Part shown: positions 1 to 8,464 of the stretch, piece after piece
How the letters are laid out: each line of letters opens with the position of its first letter
How positions within the stretch are numbered: position 1 is the first letter of the stretch
Assembly: GCA_009692555.1 (NCBI GenBank)
Contig: SHYY01000003.1
Location: 25,937-89,936 of the forward strand
DNA: 64,000 bases
Source of the DNA: Myxococcales bacterium
GTDB taxonomy: Bacteria > Myxococcota_A > Polyangia > Palsa-1104 > SHYY01
Direction of reading: 5' to 3'
Notes under the pieces: generated by a model
Seen by the model: only the letters and a program-made list of their open reading frames with translations
What the model was told of the DNA's origin: nothing
The model's database searches: none
Position numbers and translations under genes: made by a program

Positions 1-52
1 CCGGGCAGCGGCGGAGGCGCGCATCGTCCAAGCGCTGACGCGGCGGTCGGGA

Positions 53-2191
53 GTGCTGAGCGCGGTGTCGATCGCCAGCGTGTTCTCGGGCGCCTTCCTG
101 CTGTTTCTCGTCGAGCCGATGGTGGCCAAGATGGCGCTGCCGCGGTTCGGCGGCAGCCCGGCGGTGTGGAACATGTGCATGCTGCTGTTCCAGGCGCTCC
201 TGCTGGCAGGGTACGGCTACAGCCACCTCCTCGGGAGACGGCTCGTTCCCCGCAGGCAGGTGGCCGTTCACGGCGTGCTGCTGATTGCGTCGCTGGCCGC
301 GCTGCCACCGGTGCTGCGCGAGGTCGGGGATCCGACGGTACACCCGGCGCCCGCCCTGCTCTTCGCGGCGGCGTCCGCCGCGGGCGTGCCGTTCTTTCTG
401 CTCGCATCGCACAGCAGCCTCGCGCAGCGCTGGTTCTCGTTGCGGACCGGACGGGAGCCCTATTTCCTGTACGGCGCGTCGAACGTGGGGGCGCTGGCGG
501 CGCTGGTCGCCTACCCGCTGCTGATCGAGCCCTACCTGGGCGCGCGGTGCCAGGGGCACCTTTGGTCGGTCGGGTATGGGGTTTTCCTGGTGCTGGTCGC
601 GGGGGTTCTGGCGAGCGCATGGAAGAGCCCGCTGCCGTCGGTGACGGGCGTAGCGGTGGGCGCGGGATGGACGCAGCGCGGGCGCTGGCTCTTTCGTTCG
701 ACGACCGGATCGTGCCTCCTGCTCGCGATCTCTCTGCGGATCACCACCGACGTCGCGTCGCTGCCGCTCCTGTGGGTGGCGCCGCTCGCGCTCTACCTCG
801 CGACGTTCGTGCTCGCCTTCTCGCCCCGGATACCCTACCCGCGGCGGTGGCTGGAGATGCTGGTGGTGTGCGGTGTGACGGTCGGGCTCGGATCGACGCC
901 GATGGCGAACTCTCCGTCGCTGTGGCAAGCCCTGGGCCTGCCGCTCGCGACCCTTTTCGCGGGCTGCTGGGTCTGTCACGCCGACCTGGTGCGGGACCGG
1001 CCGCCCGTCGAGCACCTCACCGAGTTCTACGCGTGGATCGCCGTCGGTGGACTGCTCGGTGGCGTGCTGTGCAACCTGGTGGCGCCGCTGATCTTTGACA
1101 GCGTCGCCGAGTTCCCGATCGCGCTCCTGCTGCTGGCCGTGGCGCTCGCCTTCGGCGAGGACGGGGGCACCTCCCTCCGGCGCGCGCTCGGGCGACCGAT
1201 CACGTTTGCGGCGCCGGCGGCGATGGCGGCTGCGCTCGGCGTCTGGGCGTGGCAGATCGGCGGCGATCCAACGGCGGCCCACGCGTCCTGGAACCTGATC
1301 CCGCTCCTGGTCCTGGTCGCCGGGATGGCGCTTTGGCGGGTGCCCGCGCAGTTCTGCCTGGCGAGCGCGCTCGTCGCCGGGGTGAGCCTGGGCGGGCTCT
1401 ACACCAGCGGGCGGGTGCTCGCGGCGCGACGCAGCTTCTTCGGCGTGCTGCGTGTCATGCAGCTCGGCGATGGGCGCGTGATGGTCCACGGTACGACGGT
1501 CCACGGGGCGCAGATCACGAACCCGCTGCGGCGGGAGCCGGCGACCTACTACCACCCCGATGGGCCGATGGGCACGGTGGTGGCGGAGCAGCGCGACGGT
1601 GCTCGAATCGCGGTGGTGGGCCTCGGCAGCGGCTCTCTCGCGGCGCTGCTGCGTCCGGGACAGAAGATGACCTTTTTCGAGCTCGACCCGACGGTGGAAC
1701 CGATGGCGCGCGCATGGTTCACCTTCCTCGGCGAGAGCCGCGGCGAAGTGGCCGTCGTCGCCGGCGATGCGCGGTTGACCCTGCCCCGCGAGGCGGGCAG
1801 CGCGTTCGACCTCCTGGTGCTCGATGCGTTCACGGGCGACGCGGTGCCGGTGCATCTGCTCACGGTCGAGGCATTCAACCTCTACCTCGGGAAGGTCAAG
1901 ACCGGCGGCCTGCTGCTCCTCCACATCAGCAACCGCCACCTCGATCTCGCGCGCGTGGTGCGCGGCGCGTCGGCGCGACTGGGGCTGGCGACGGTCCGCA
2001 AGCGGTTCGGACCGACGGCGCGGCAGCTCGCCGAGGGGGCGCTGGAAAGCGATGTCGTGGCGGTGGCGCGCTCGCGGACCGATCTGGCGGCGCTGGAGCG
2101 CGAGGGATGGAGGCGGCTCGACGACGGAGAAGCGGTCACGTGGACCGACGACCGGTCGAGCCTGATCGGGCTTCTCCGGCTGCCGGAGTAG
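53..2191 (+). CDS. Fused polytopic membrane domain / spermidine-synthase-like (class I methyltransferase fold) protein
   Basis: 712-aa ORF. The N-terminal ~450 aa are hydrophobic multi-TM. The C-terminal part has VVGLGSGSLAALL...DLLVLDAFTGD...GGLLLLHISN, a spermidine-synthase-type fold. It is collinear with the paralog at 51403..53550 (N-termini share FLLFxVEPMxAKMxLPxFGG). Confidence 0.8.
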   Translation: MLSAVSIASVFSGAFLLFLVEPMVAKMALPRFGGSPAVWNMCMLLFQALLLAGYGYSHLLGRRLVPRRQVAVHGVLLIASLAALPPVLREVGDPTVHPAPALLFAAASAAGVPFFLLASHSSLAQRWFSLRTGREPYFLYGASNVGALAALVAYPLLIEPYLGARCQGHLWSVGYGVFLVLVAGVLASAWKSPLPSVTGVAVGAGWTQRGRWLFRSTTGSCLLLAISLRITTDVASLPLLWVAPLALYLATFVLAFSPRIPYPRRWLEMLVVCGVTVGLGSTPMANSPSLWQALGLPLATLFAGCWVCHADLVRDRPPVEHLTEFYAWIAVGGLLGGVLCNLVAPLIFDSVAEFPIALLLLAVALAFGEDGGTSLRRALGRPITFAAPAAMAAALGVWAWQIGGDPTAAHASWNLIPLLVLVAGMALWRVPAQFCLASALVAGVSLGGLYTSGRVLAARRSFFGVLRVMQLGDGRVMVHGTTVHGAQITNPLRREPATYYHPDGPMGTVVAEQRDGARIAVVGLGSGSLAALLRPGQKMTFFELDPTVEPMARAWFTFLGESRGEVAVVAGDARLTLPREAGSAFDLLVLDAFTGDAVPVHLLTVEAFNLYLGKVKTGGLLLLHISNRHLDLARVVRGASARLGLATVRKRFGPTARQLAEGALESDVVAVARSRTDLAALEREGWRRLDDGEAVTWTDDRSSLIGLLRLPE

Positions 2192-2236
2192 GCCGGTGGA
2201 TATCGTCGCGCGAGCGGCGTACGATTCCAACACCGC

Positions 2237-2992
2237 ATGCGCCCCGGGATTCGGATGGTCGTCGCAGTCGCCGCCGGGTGCGCTGCCGGGTGCGGAATGG
2301 AGCTCGAGCACGGGCTCGATGAGCGCCAGGCGAACGAGGTGGTCGCGGCGCTCGATCGCGCCGGGATCGCGGCCGACAAGTCTGGCGACGACAAGCCCGG
2401 AACCTACCAGGTGCTCATCCCGCGGGCGGACGCGGCGCGAGCATTTCAGGTTCTCGAGACCGGCGGGCTGCCGAGACGGTCGGCCAAGGGGGTCGGCGAA
2501 GCCTTCGCCGAGAAGGGTCTCCTCCCGTCGGCGACAGCCGAACGGGCGCGGCTCCAGGCCTCCCTGGCGATCGATCTGGAGCGCACGCTGGAGGCGCTTC
2601 CGCAGGTGGCATCGGCGCGGGTCCACCTCGCGCTTCCCGAGGAGGAACCGCTCCACGCGGGCTCGGCGCGCCAGCGGCCGACAGCGTCCGTGCTCCTCCG
2701 CACGCGCGGCGCCACCGACCCGTTCGACGGTGAGGTCAAGCGGCTGGTAGCGGGCGCCGTGCACGGCCTGCAGGGGGTGGACGTCAGCGTGGTGATCTCC
2801 CAGGCGATGGCCGATCCGGCTCCGTCGGAGCTGGCGCAGGTCGGCCCGCTTCGCGTCTCACGCAGCTCGCGGGGCCTCGCCATCGGGTTCCTCACCGGCG
2901 CTCTTGGGGCGATTCTGTTGTTGTCGCTGGCGGTGATGGTCCTGGCGGCGCGCCTGGCCACGCTGCGCAAGCGTCTGCGCGAGCGCGCCTGA
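2237..2992 (+). CDS. YscJ/EscJ/HrcJ (SctJ)/FliF-family ring lipoprotein homolog
   Basis: 251 aa. Lipobox-like VAAGC near the N-terminus. LDERQANEVVAALDRAGI...ASARVHLALPEE...RPTASVLL matches the YscJ_FliF family pattern. It has a C-terminal TM helix followed by basic residues. Confidence 0.65.
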   Translation: MRPGIRMVVAVAAGCAAGCGMELEHGLDERQANEVVAALDRAGIAADKSGDDKPGTYQVLIPRADAARAFQVLETGGLPRRSAKGVGEAFAEKGLLPSATAERARLQASLAIDLERTLEALPQVASARVHLALPEEEPLHAGSARQRPTASVLLRTRGATDPFDGEVKRLVAGAVHGLQGVDVSVVISQAMADPAPSELAQVGPLRVSRSSRGLAIGFLTGALGAILLLSLAVMVLAARLATLRKRLRERA

Positions 2993-3026
2993 GCCCGGCG
3001 TCCCCTGGGTTCGGGGACTGAGCGGG

Positions 3027-5012
3027 CTACTGCGCCTGGAGCAACAGAGGGAAGGGAACTTCGTACTCCGCGTCCATCGAAGGAAAGTGCCACCGCCGGA
3101 TCGCCTGGACGAGGCACAGCCCGACCGGTTGCGTGGCCCATTGATCGGGAAGCTTGACTTTCGTGACGACGCCGGAGATTCCGACCTTCACGTCGACGTC
3201 GATGCGGGCGTTGCGTAGGGTGTTGTCGCGCTTGAGCTCGCGCTCGTAGCACGCGGTCAGGGACTGCTTGTTTTTGCGCACGACATCGGCGACCTGGCTA
3301 TCGTTGACCTGGGTCCTGGTGGTCTCCTGGCGCTCGACCTTGCTCGGAAGCTTCTCGCCGATGCTCGGGCGATCGTTGTCCTTGAACGTTTCGAGGATCG
3401 CCTTCTGATCGGCGGTCAAGCTGGGGCCTTTCGTCTTGGTAGGAACGAATTTCTTGTTCTTCGTCGGCACAACCAGCGGAAACACCTGGTTGCCAGGGGC
3501 CGGCAGCGGCGGCTGCACGACATTGGGAGGAGGAGCCTCGATGATCCGCGCCGGAACGTCGTCCACCGGTCGGCTGTTGCTGGCCACGGGCGACGGCGGC
3601 AGAAGCGGCTGCTTGTGCATGAGCAGGTAGCCGACGGTTCCCGCAAGCGCGACAATGACCCCGAGACTGCCGATGGCCGCCCACTTGATCCAGGGGGCCG
3701 CGTGTCGCGGCGCAGGCCCGGTGATGATCACCACGGGAGAGGGTGCGGCGTGGGTGTGGCCGTTGGGCGGCGACGGTGCGGCCGGCAACGGGGCCACCAC
3801 GGAGGCCTCGGTGATCAGGAGTTCGGCGCCGGGCGGAGGAGGCAGCGGCTTCGCCGCCTCCTCTGCGGAGCGCGCAGCGAGGACGGAGCCGGCGGCGGCG
3901 AGAGGCAGCGGCGGCGCGGCGGGAGCCTTGGGTGATCGCGGAGGGATGGAGGGTTTGGCGGGTGCCGGCTTGACGTGAGGAGGCGTCGGATCGGATTTCT
4001 TCTCGACGGGCTTGACCGCGGCGATCGGCTTCTCGCCGCTTCTTGCCTCCGCGGGCTTGGCTGCAATCGCCGGCGCACCCGCGACGGGGATGACCTTCGG
4101 ATCCAGAGAAGCCATCGGCTCCGGCTTCACCGCGGCCAGGGCTGGCTCCGACGCCGTCTTTTTCGCTGCGGCAGGGACCGGCGGGGGCGCCGACGGCGCG
4201 AGAGGAAGCGGCTCGACCGGCACGGGAGCCACTGCCGCTGCAGTGGCGGCACGCGCCGCCAGCGGGGCAGAGGAGGCGGCTGGAGAAACCGCTGGACGCA
4301 CTGGGGAGATCGCCGCCACCGACGGGGCCGCGCGCTCGGTCTGCGCCGCCGTGTCGGCGTGAGGCGGTGAGGGGTGGACCGCGGCGGGCGCGGCAGCGGG
4401 CTTGACCGGCTTCGGCTGCGCCGCCGGCGGCTTCGGCTCGAACCGCGCGATCGGCGTCGCCACCTTCGGCGCGGCGGGTACGGCGGGCCTGGCGATCGGT
4501 GTCGCGACCTTCACCGGCGCGGGCGCGAGCGCCGGATTGAGCAAGCGAACGATCTCCGGCACCTGCTCGACGGGGAGCCAGCGCTCGAATCCATCGCGCC
4601 AGGTGAACGACTCCTTGCCCTTTTCGACGCGGATCCGCGCGACCATCTTGTCGAGCGAGAACGGGCCTTCCTGCTGGCCATCGAAGGAGACGAACCACTC
4701 GTCCGCCGAGGGTAGGGTCGCCTTGGCCGCCGCGGTGAGCACGGCCTTCACCTGCGCCGGGCTCGACACCATTGTGTGCTCGGGCTCGAAGGAGGCGGGC
4801 CCAGCGAACGAAGCGTCGAGCGCCTTCGACAGCGCCGCCTTCACCGAGGGCACCGCAGCCGCGGCGACAGGGCCGCTGTGAGGGGCCGCGGTCTCCTCGC
4901 GCACCGTGATGATGTGGTTGCATTGCTTGCAGCGGATCTTCAGGACCTTGCCGCGCACACGTGCGTCGTCAATCGAATACTTGGTCGTGCACTGATCGCA
5001 GACGAACTTCAC
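3027..5012 (-). CDS. AgmX/GltJ-like protein (zinc ribbon + GYF_2 + Pro-rich linker + TM + AgmX/PglI TonB-C-like C-terminal domain)
   Basis: The N-terminus MKFVCDQCTTKY...IRCKQCNH is an MJ0042-type zinc ribbon. WFVSFDGQQEGPFSLDKM...WLPVEQVPEI is GYF_2-like. A long Ala/Pro-rich region and one TM follow. The C-terminal VVRKNKQSLTACYERELK...VGISG resembles the AgmX/PglI domain. The GTG start overlaps the ttcA stop (GTGA). Confidence 0.75.
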   Translation of the reverse strand: MKFVCDQCTTKYSIDDARVRGKVLKIRCKQCNHIITVREETAAPHSGPVAAAAVPSVKAALSKALDASFAGPASFEPEHTMVSSPAQVKAVLTAAAKATLPSADEWFVSFDGQQEGPFSLDKMVARIRVEKGKESFTWRDGFERWLPVEQVPEIVRLLNPALAPAPVKVATPIARPAVPAAPKVATPIARFEPKPPAAQPKPVKPAAAPAAVHPSPPHADTAAQTERAAPSVAAISPVRPAVSPAASSAPLAARAATAAAVAPVPVEPLPLAPSAPPPVPAAAKKTASEPALAAVKPEPMASLDPKVIPVAGAPAIAAKPAEARSGEKPIAAVKPVEKKSDPTPPHVKPAPAKPSIPPRSPKAPAAPPLPLAAAGSVLAARSAEEAAKPLPPPPGAELLITEASVVAPLPAAPSPPNGHTHAAPSPVVIITGPAPRHAAPWIKWAAIGSLGVIVALAGTVGYLLMHKQPLLPPSPVASNSRPVDDVPARIIEAPPPNVVQPPLPAPGNQVFPLVVPTKNKKFVPTKTKGPSLTADQKAILETFKDNDRPSIGEKLPSKVERQETTRTQVNDSQVADVVRKNKQSLTACYERELKRDNTLRNARIDVDVKVGISGVVTKVKLPDQWATQPVGLCLVQAIRRWHFPSMDAEYEVPFPLLLQAQ

Positions 5013-5980
5013 GGCGCCTCGGCGGTCGCGGTCCCGCGGGTTAGCCGACCGAGCAGCGAGCGGTCAAGAAGATGCCCAGCGCGCACGTTCTTCAGCGCCG
5101 CGAGCATCTGCGTCTTCAGGCCGGGGTGCTCCGATTCCAGCGATGACAACATGCGCTTCACGACCTGCCGCTTCTGGTCGGGGAGCCCGCAGGTGGGGCA
5201 GCCGCAGCGCACCACCGGATATTGCTTCTCTTGCGCGTAGGCGGTCAGATCGCGCTCCTCGACGTACGCCAGCGGACGGATGACGGTGTTGCGGCCGTCA
5301 TCGGAGATCAGCTTCGGCGGCATCGCGCGGAGCTGGCCGGAGTAGAACAGGTTGAGCAGCAGCGTCTCCACCGAGTCGTCGAGGTGGTGCCCGAGGGCGA
5401 TCTTGGTGGCGCCGAGCTCCACCGCCAGATTGTAGAGGACGCCGCGCCGCAGACGCGAGCAGAGCGAGCACGGCGTCGCCCCGGGCTCGAGCTTGTCCTC
5501 GACGATCGCAGCGATCTGCGAGGCGGTCACCATGCGGTACTCCACGCCGCGCCCTCGGAGGTGCTCCTCGATCCGCCCGGTCGCGTAGTCCGGCCAGCCC
5601 TGGTCGACGTTGACCGCCACGAGGTCATAGTGCACGGGTGAGCGCCGCGCGTTCAGCAGCAGCACATCAAGCAGCGCGTAGCTGTCCTTGCCGCCCGAGA
5701 GACAGACCATCACGCGGTCGCCGCTCTGGAGGAGGCCCCACTCGCCGATCGCCTCGCCGGCCTTCTGCACGATCCGCCGCTCGAGCTTCGATCCGTAGCG
5801 GAAGGCCCCAAGCTCCGTCGCGCGCAGCGGCAGGGAACTGACGGGAGGAATCTCGTGCGGTGCGCGACCAACAGCCGCGGGGGAGAGGTCCTTCAGGATG
5901 GTGAGGTGGCGGTTCAACCGAGGCTCCGTGAGCGACGTGGGACGTCCGGCGAGTATAGCGGATTCCTGGGCGACGTTCAA
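5009..5980 (-). CDS. ttcA: tRNA 2-thiocytidine(32) synthetase TtcA
   Basis: PP-loop MVCLSGGKDS. CSLCSRLRRG, ALGHHLDD and the C-terminal CGCPTCG motifs are collinear with E. coli TtcA. The listed 583-aa ORF is an upstream over-extension. The start is set at TTG 5980, downstream of the neighbouring gene's stop at 6028, and is uncertain. Confidence 0.85.
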   Translation of the reverse strand: MNVAQESAILAGRPTSLTEPRLNRHLTILKDLSPAAVGRAPHEIPPVSSLPLRATELGAFRYGSKLERRIVQKAGEAIGEWGLLQSGDRVMVCLSGGKDSYALLDVLLLNARRSPVHYDLVAVNVDQGWPDYATGRIEEHLRGRGVEYRMVTASQIAAIVEDKLEPGATPCSLCSRLRRGVLYNLAVELGATKIALGHHLDDSVETLLLNLFYSGQLRAMPPKLISDDGRNTVIRPLAYVEERDLTAYAQEKQYPVVRCGCPTCGLPDQKRQVVKRMLSSLESEHPGLKTQMLAALKNVRAGHLLDRSLLGRLTRGTATAEAP

Positions 5981-6027
5981 CCGGGCGGGAGGCGAAACGA
6001 GAGGGAAGAGACCTCCGCCGACGACGC

Positions 6028-6741
6028 TCAGGCCACGACCCTCTTGAGGTAGTCGGGGTAGGCGTCGCCGTCGGGGAGGTTGAGGTCCACCACCACCCGC
6101 CCGGGAGGCCCGCTCTCCTGCGACACGAACACCGCCGCACCGAGCCGCTGCCAGGCGGGCACGCGCTGGTACTCGAGAGCGTTTTGCCGCAGGAGCTCGA
6201 CCTTCTCCTCCGGGTCCAGCCCCTGGAGGATCATCGGCACCGCCTGGGGGTCCGACCCGTTGACCGTCAGGACCTGGGTGCAGTAGGCGGTCAGCGCCGA
6301 GGCCTGGGACTCCTGACTGCGCCAGTGGAAGTACTCCCACACCTCGTCTGCGCAGGTGAACTCGTAGAGCCGCGTCTCGAAGGTCATCACGCGCCCCATG
6401 AGGAGAGACATCTTCGCCGACGCTTCGCCGCCGATGCGCGATGCGAGCCGCCGCGCCTCGCCACCGCCGCCCACCGCGAACAGCGACATCTCGGTGCGCT
6501 CGCAGTAGCCATAGCTCGCCCCGAGCGCCGAGCAGAGGTGGGCCAGGGTCTTGAGCAGCACCTTCCCGAGGCGAGCGTCGAACGGGCGCTCGAACTCCGA
6601 TTCGAACAGCTCCTCGAAGCGGCGGCCGGTCAGCCGTGCGACGATCGGGCGGCCCTCTGTGAGCTCCTTCGCCGAGAGCACCTCGAAGGGATTGATCTTG
6701 TCCGAGAGGTCCGGCCGTGGCATGGACGCGGATTGTATCAT
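6028..6741 (-). CDS. Divergent Thg1/TLP-like (tRNA-His guanylyltransferase fold) protein, catalytic carboxylates substituted
   Basis: 237 aa. IVARLTGRRFEELF, ERTEMSLF, FETRLYEF..EVWEYFHWRSQES and LQGLDPEEKVELL are collinear with the Thg1 motifs VVRxDGxxFHxF, SDEYSF, FDxRv...YLxWRQxD and LxGxxxxEKxExL. Confidence 0.6.
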   Translation of the reverse strand: MIQSASMPRPDLSDKINPFEVLSAKELTEGRPIVARLTGRRFEELFESEFERPFDARLGKVLLKTLAHLCSALGASYGYCERTEMSLFAVGGGGEARRLASRIGGEASAKMSLLMGRVMTFETRLYEFTCADEVWEYFHWRSQESQASALTAYCTQVLTVNGSDPQAVPMILQGLDPEEKVELLRQNALEYQRVPAWQRLGAAVFVSQESGPPGRVVVDLNLPDGDAYPDYLKRVVA

Positions 6742-6817
6742 TTCGCGGTACGCCCGCCAAGCTTCGCCGAACGGCTTCGGCGAACGGCCGCAGGGCGGTC
6801 GCTACCGGCCGTCAGGT

Positions 6818-8464
6818 TCAGCGTCCGAGAAAGATCAGGATCAGCAGGACCACCGCCATCACCACCATGCAGCCGCCGACCACCACGCCGGTCGAGATCC
6901 GGCTCGGCCGGCGACGTCGGCGGCGAGCCGCCGGCGCCCGCACCATCTGGGTCGGTTCGACCGAGGCGGAGGCGCGCTCGGCCTCGCGGCGGCGTTCGCG
7001 ATCGGGCAGGCGGACCAGCGCGGTCTGCGCTTCGCCCGACGGCGGCGCTCCCTTTTGCCCGGCCTTCGGGAGGCGTACCTGCGCGGTCGGATCGCTCCCA
7101 TCGACCTCCACCTTCCGCGGCGCTCGACGGCGCTTGTCCACCATCGGAGCCGGGACCTGATCGTTGCGCACGGCCACCTGTCCTGAGGCGGCATGCGGGC
7201 GCCCGTCGTCCGGCGTCCGGCGGGTCGGCTGCACCGCGGGCTTGACGTCCACCGACGCGCGGGCCGCAGCGGCGTCGAGCGCTCCGATCGGTGTCCCATC
7301 CACCGGGGTCTGATCGTGGCGCGCCCCGGCCGGCCCATCGAGCGTGGTCATGTCGACCTCGGTGTCGCCTTCGAACCCCTCGAAGGAAGCGGTATCCTCG
7401 TCGAAGAGATCGTCGTCGTCGTCATCGGGATCGATCTCCACGTCGAGCGACGGCATGGCGCGCTCGAGGTCGAGCTCCTCGTCTCCGGTGCCTTCGGCGA
7501 ACTCGGCGCCTGGCGCGAGGCCGCGCGGCGCACGGAACAGGTCGCGCATGTAGAGCGCGATCTCACGCTTTCCCCACCCCTCCTCCTCCTCTTGAAGGTA
7601 CGTCCGCAGGTCCTGCCGCAGCGCCGAGGCGGTCTGGTAGCGCTTCGCAGGATCGCGCGCCAGGAGCCGCCCGAGAATCCGCTCGAGCGAGCGCGGGAAG
7701 TCGGGGCGCACGTCGCGCGGGCGTGGGATATCGCCCTCCAGCACCTTGCGTCGCACCGCGGCCGGCTTGCCCCGAAAGAGGCGCTTGCCGACGGTGAGCT
7801 CGTAGAGAATCACGCCCAGCGAGAACAGGTCGGCGCGCGCGTCGACCTTCTCGCCGCGGATCTGCTCGGGCGCCATGTAGTTGAACTTGCCGGCGACGCC
7901 GTCCTCCTTGCGCAGGGCGATCGCCGCGCGCGCGATGCCGAAGTCGACGATCTTGGCGGTGCCGCGGCGAGAGACCACGATGTTGCCCGGGGAGATGTCG
8001 CAGTGGACGATCGACAGGCCCGCTCCGTCGACGCCGCGGTGGGTGTGGGCGTAGGCGAGGCCGGTGGCAGCCTGGGCAACCACACCGACGGCAATCGGGC
8101 GCGGGATGAATTGCCCGGTCTCGACGCCGCGGCGGGCGATCGCCACCAGATCGTGGCCCGGGATGTACTCCATCGCGATGTAGTAGGTGCCGTCGAGCTG
8201 CCCGACGTCGAGGGTGCGGACGATGTTCGGGTGATCGAGGGTGAGGGCGATGCGCCCCTCGTCGATGAACAGCTTCACGACGTGGGTGTGGTCGAGATAG
8301 CGGCGCTGGATGCGCTTGAGAACGAGGTCGTCTTCGCTGTCACTGCGACGGGCGAGGTAGAGATCGGCCATCCCGCCGGCCGTGAGGTACCGGACGAGCT
8401 GGTACGCGCCGAAGCGTTCCGCGGGTGCTGGTACCGGTGGGGGCGACATCCCGGGGGGGATCAT
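6818..8464 (-). CDS. Ser/Thr protein kinase, membrane-anchored (C-terminal TM), HCD catalytic loop
   Basis: Hanks kinase motifs are present: LVLKRI (beta3 Lys), IVHCDISPGNIVV, IVDFGIA and YMAPEQ. An acidic/Pro-rich linker and a C-terminal TM (VVVGGCMVVMAVVLLILIFLG) follow. The start overlaps the HDAC stop (ATGA). Confidence 0.9.
   Translation of the reverse strand: MIPPGMSPPPVPAPAERFGAYQLVRYLTAGGMADLYLARRSDSEDDLVLKRIQRRYLDHTHVVKLFIDEGRIALTLDHPNIVRTLDVGQLDGTYYIAMEYIPGHDLVAIARRGVETGQFIPRPIAVGVVAQAATGLAYAHTHRGVDGAGLSIVHCDISPGNIVVSRRGTAKIVDFGIARAAIALRKEDGVAGKFNYMAPEQIRGEKVDARADLFSLGVILYELTVGKRLFRGKPAAVRRKVLEGDIPRPRDVRPDFPRSLERILGRLLARDPAKRYQTASALRQDLRTYLQEEEEGWGKREIALYMRDLFRAPRGLAPGAEFAEGTGDEELDLERAMPSLDVEIDPDDDDDDLFDEDTASFEGFEGDTEVDMTTLDGPAGARHDQTPVDGTPIGALDAAAARASVDVKPAVQPTRRTPDDGRPHAASGQVAVRNDQVPAPMVDKRRRAPRKVEVDGSDPTAQVRLPKAGQKGAPPSGEAQTALVRLPDRERRREAERASASVEPTQMVRAPAARRRRRRPSRISTGVVVGGCMVVMAVVLLILIFLGR

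Noticed and set aside
166-2394. Several long ORFs overlapping the first gene in other frames or on the opposite strand (166..1098, 1249..2322, 1882..2394 and others).
   Set aside because: The products are Arg/Pro/Gly/Ala-rich with no motifs. This is typical of spurious open frames in very GC-rich DNA, and they overlap a gene with clear family signatures.
5981-6760. N-terminal 260 aa of the listed 583-aa ORF (5009..6760) as part of TtcA.
   Set aside because: This portion overlaps the Thg1-like gene in another frame and is low-complexity Arg/Gly/Pro. TtcA homology starts only near 5900.
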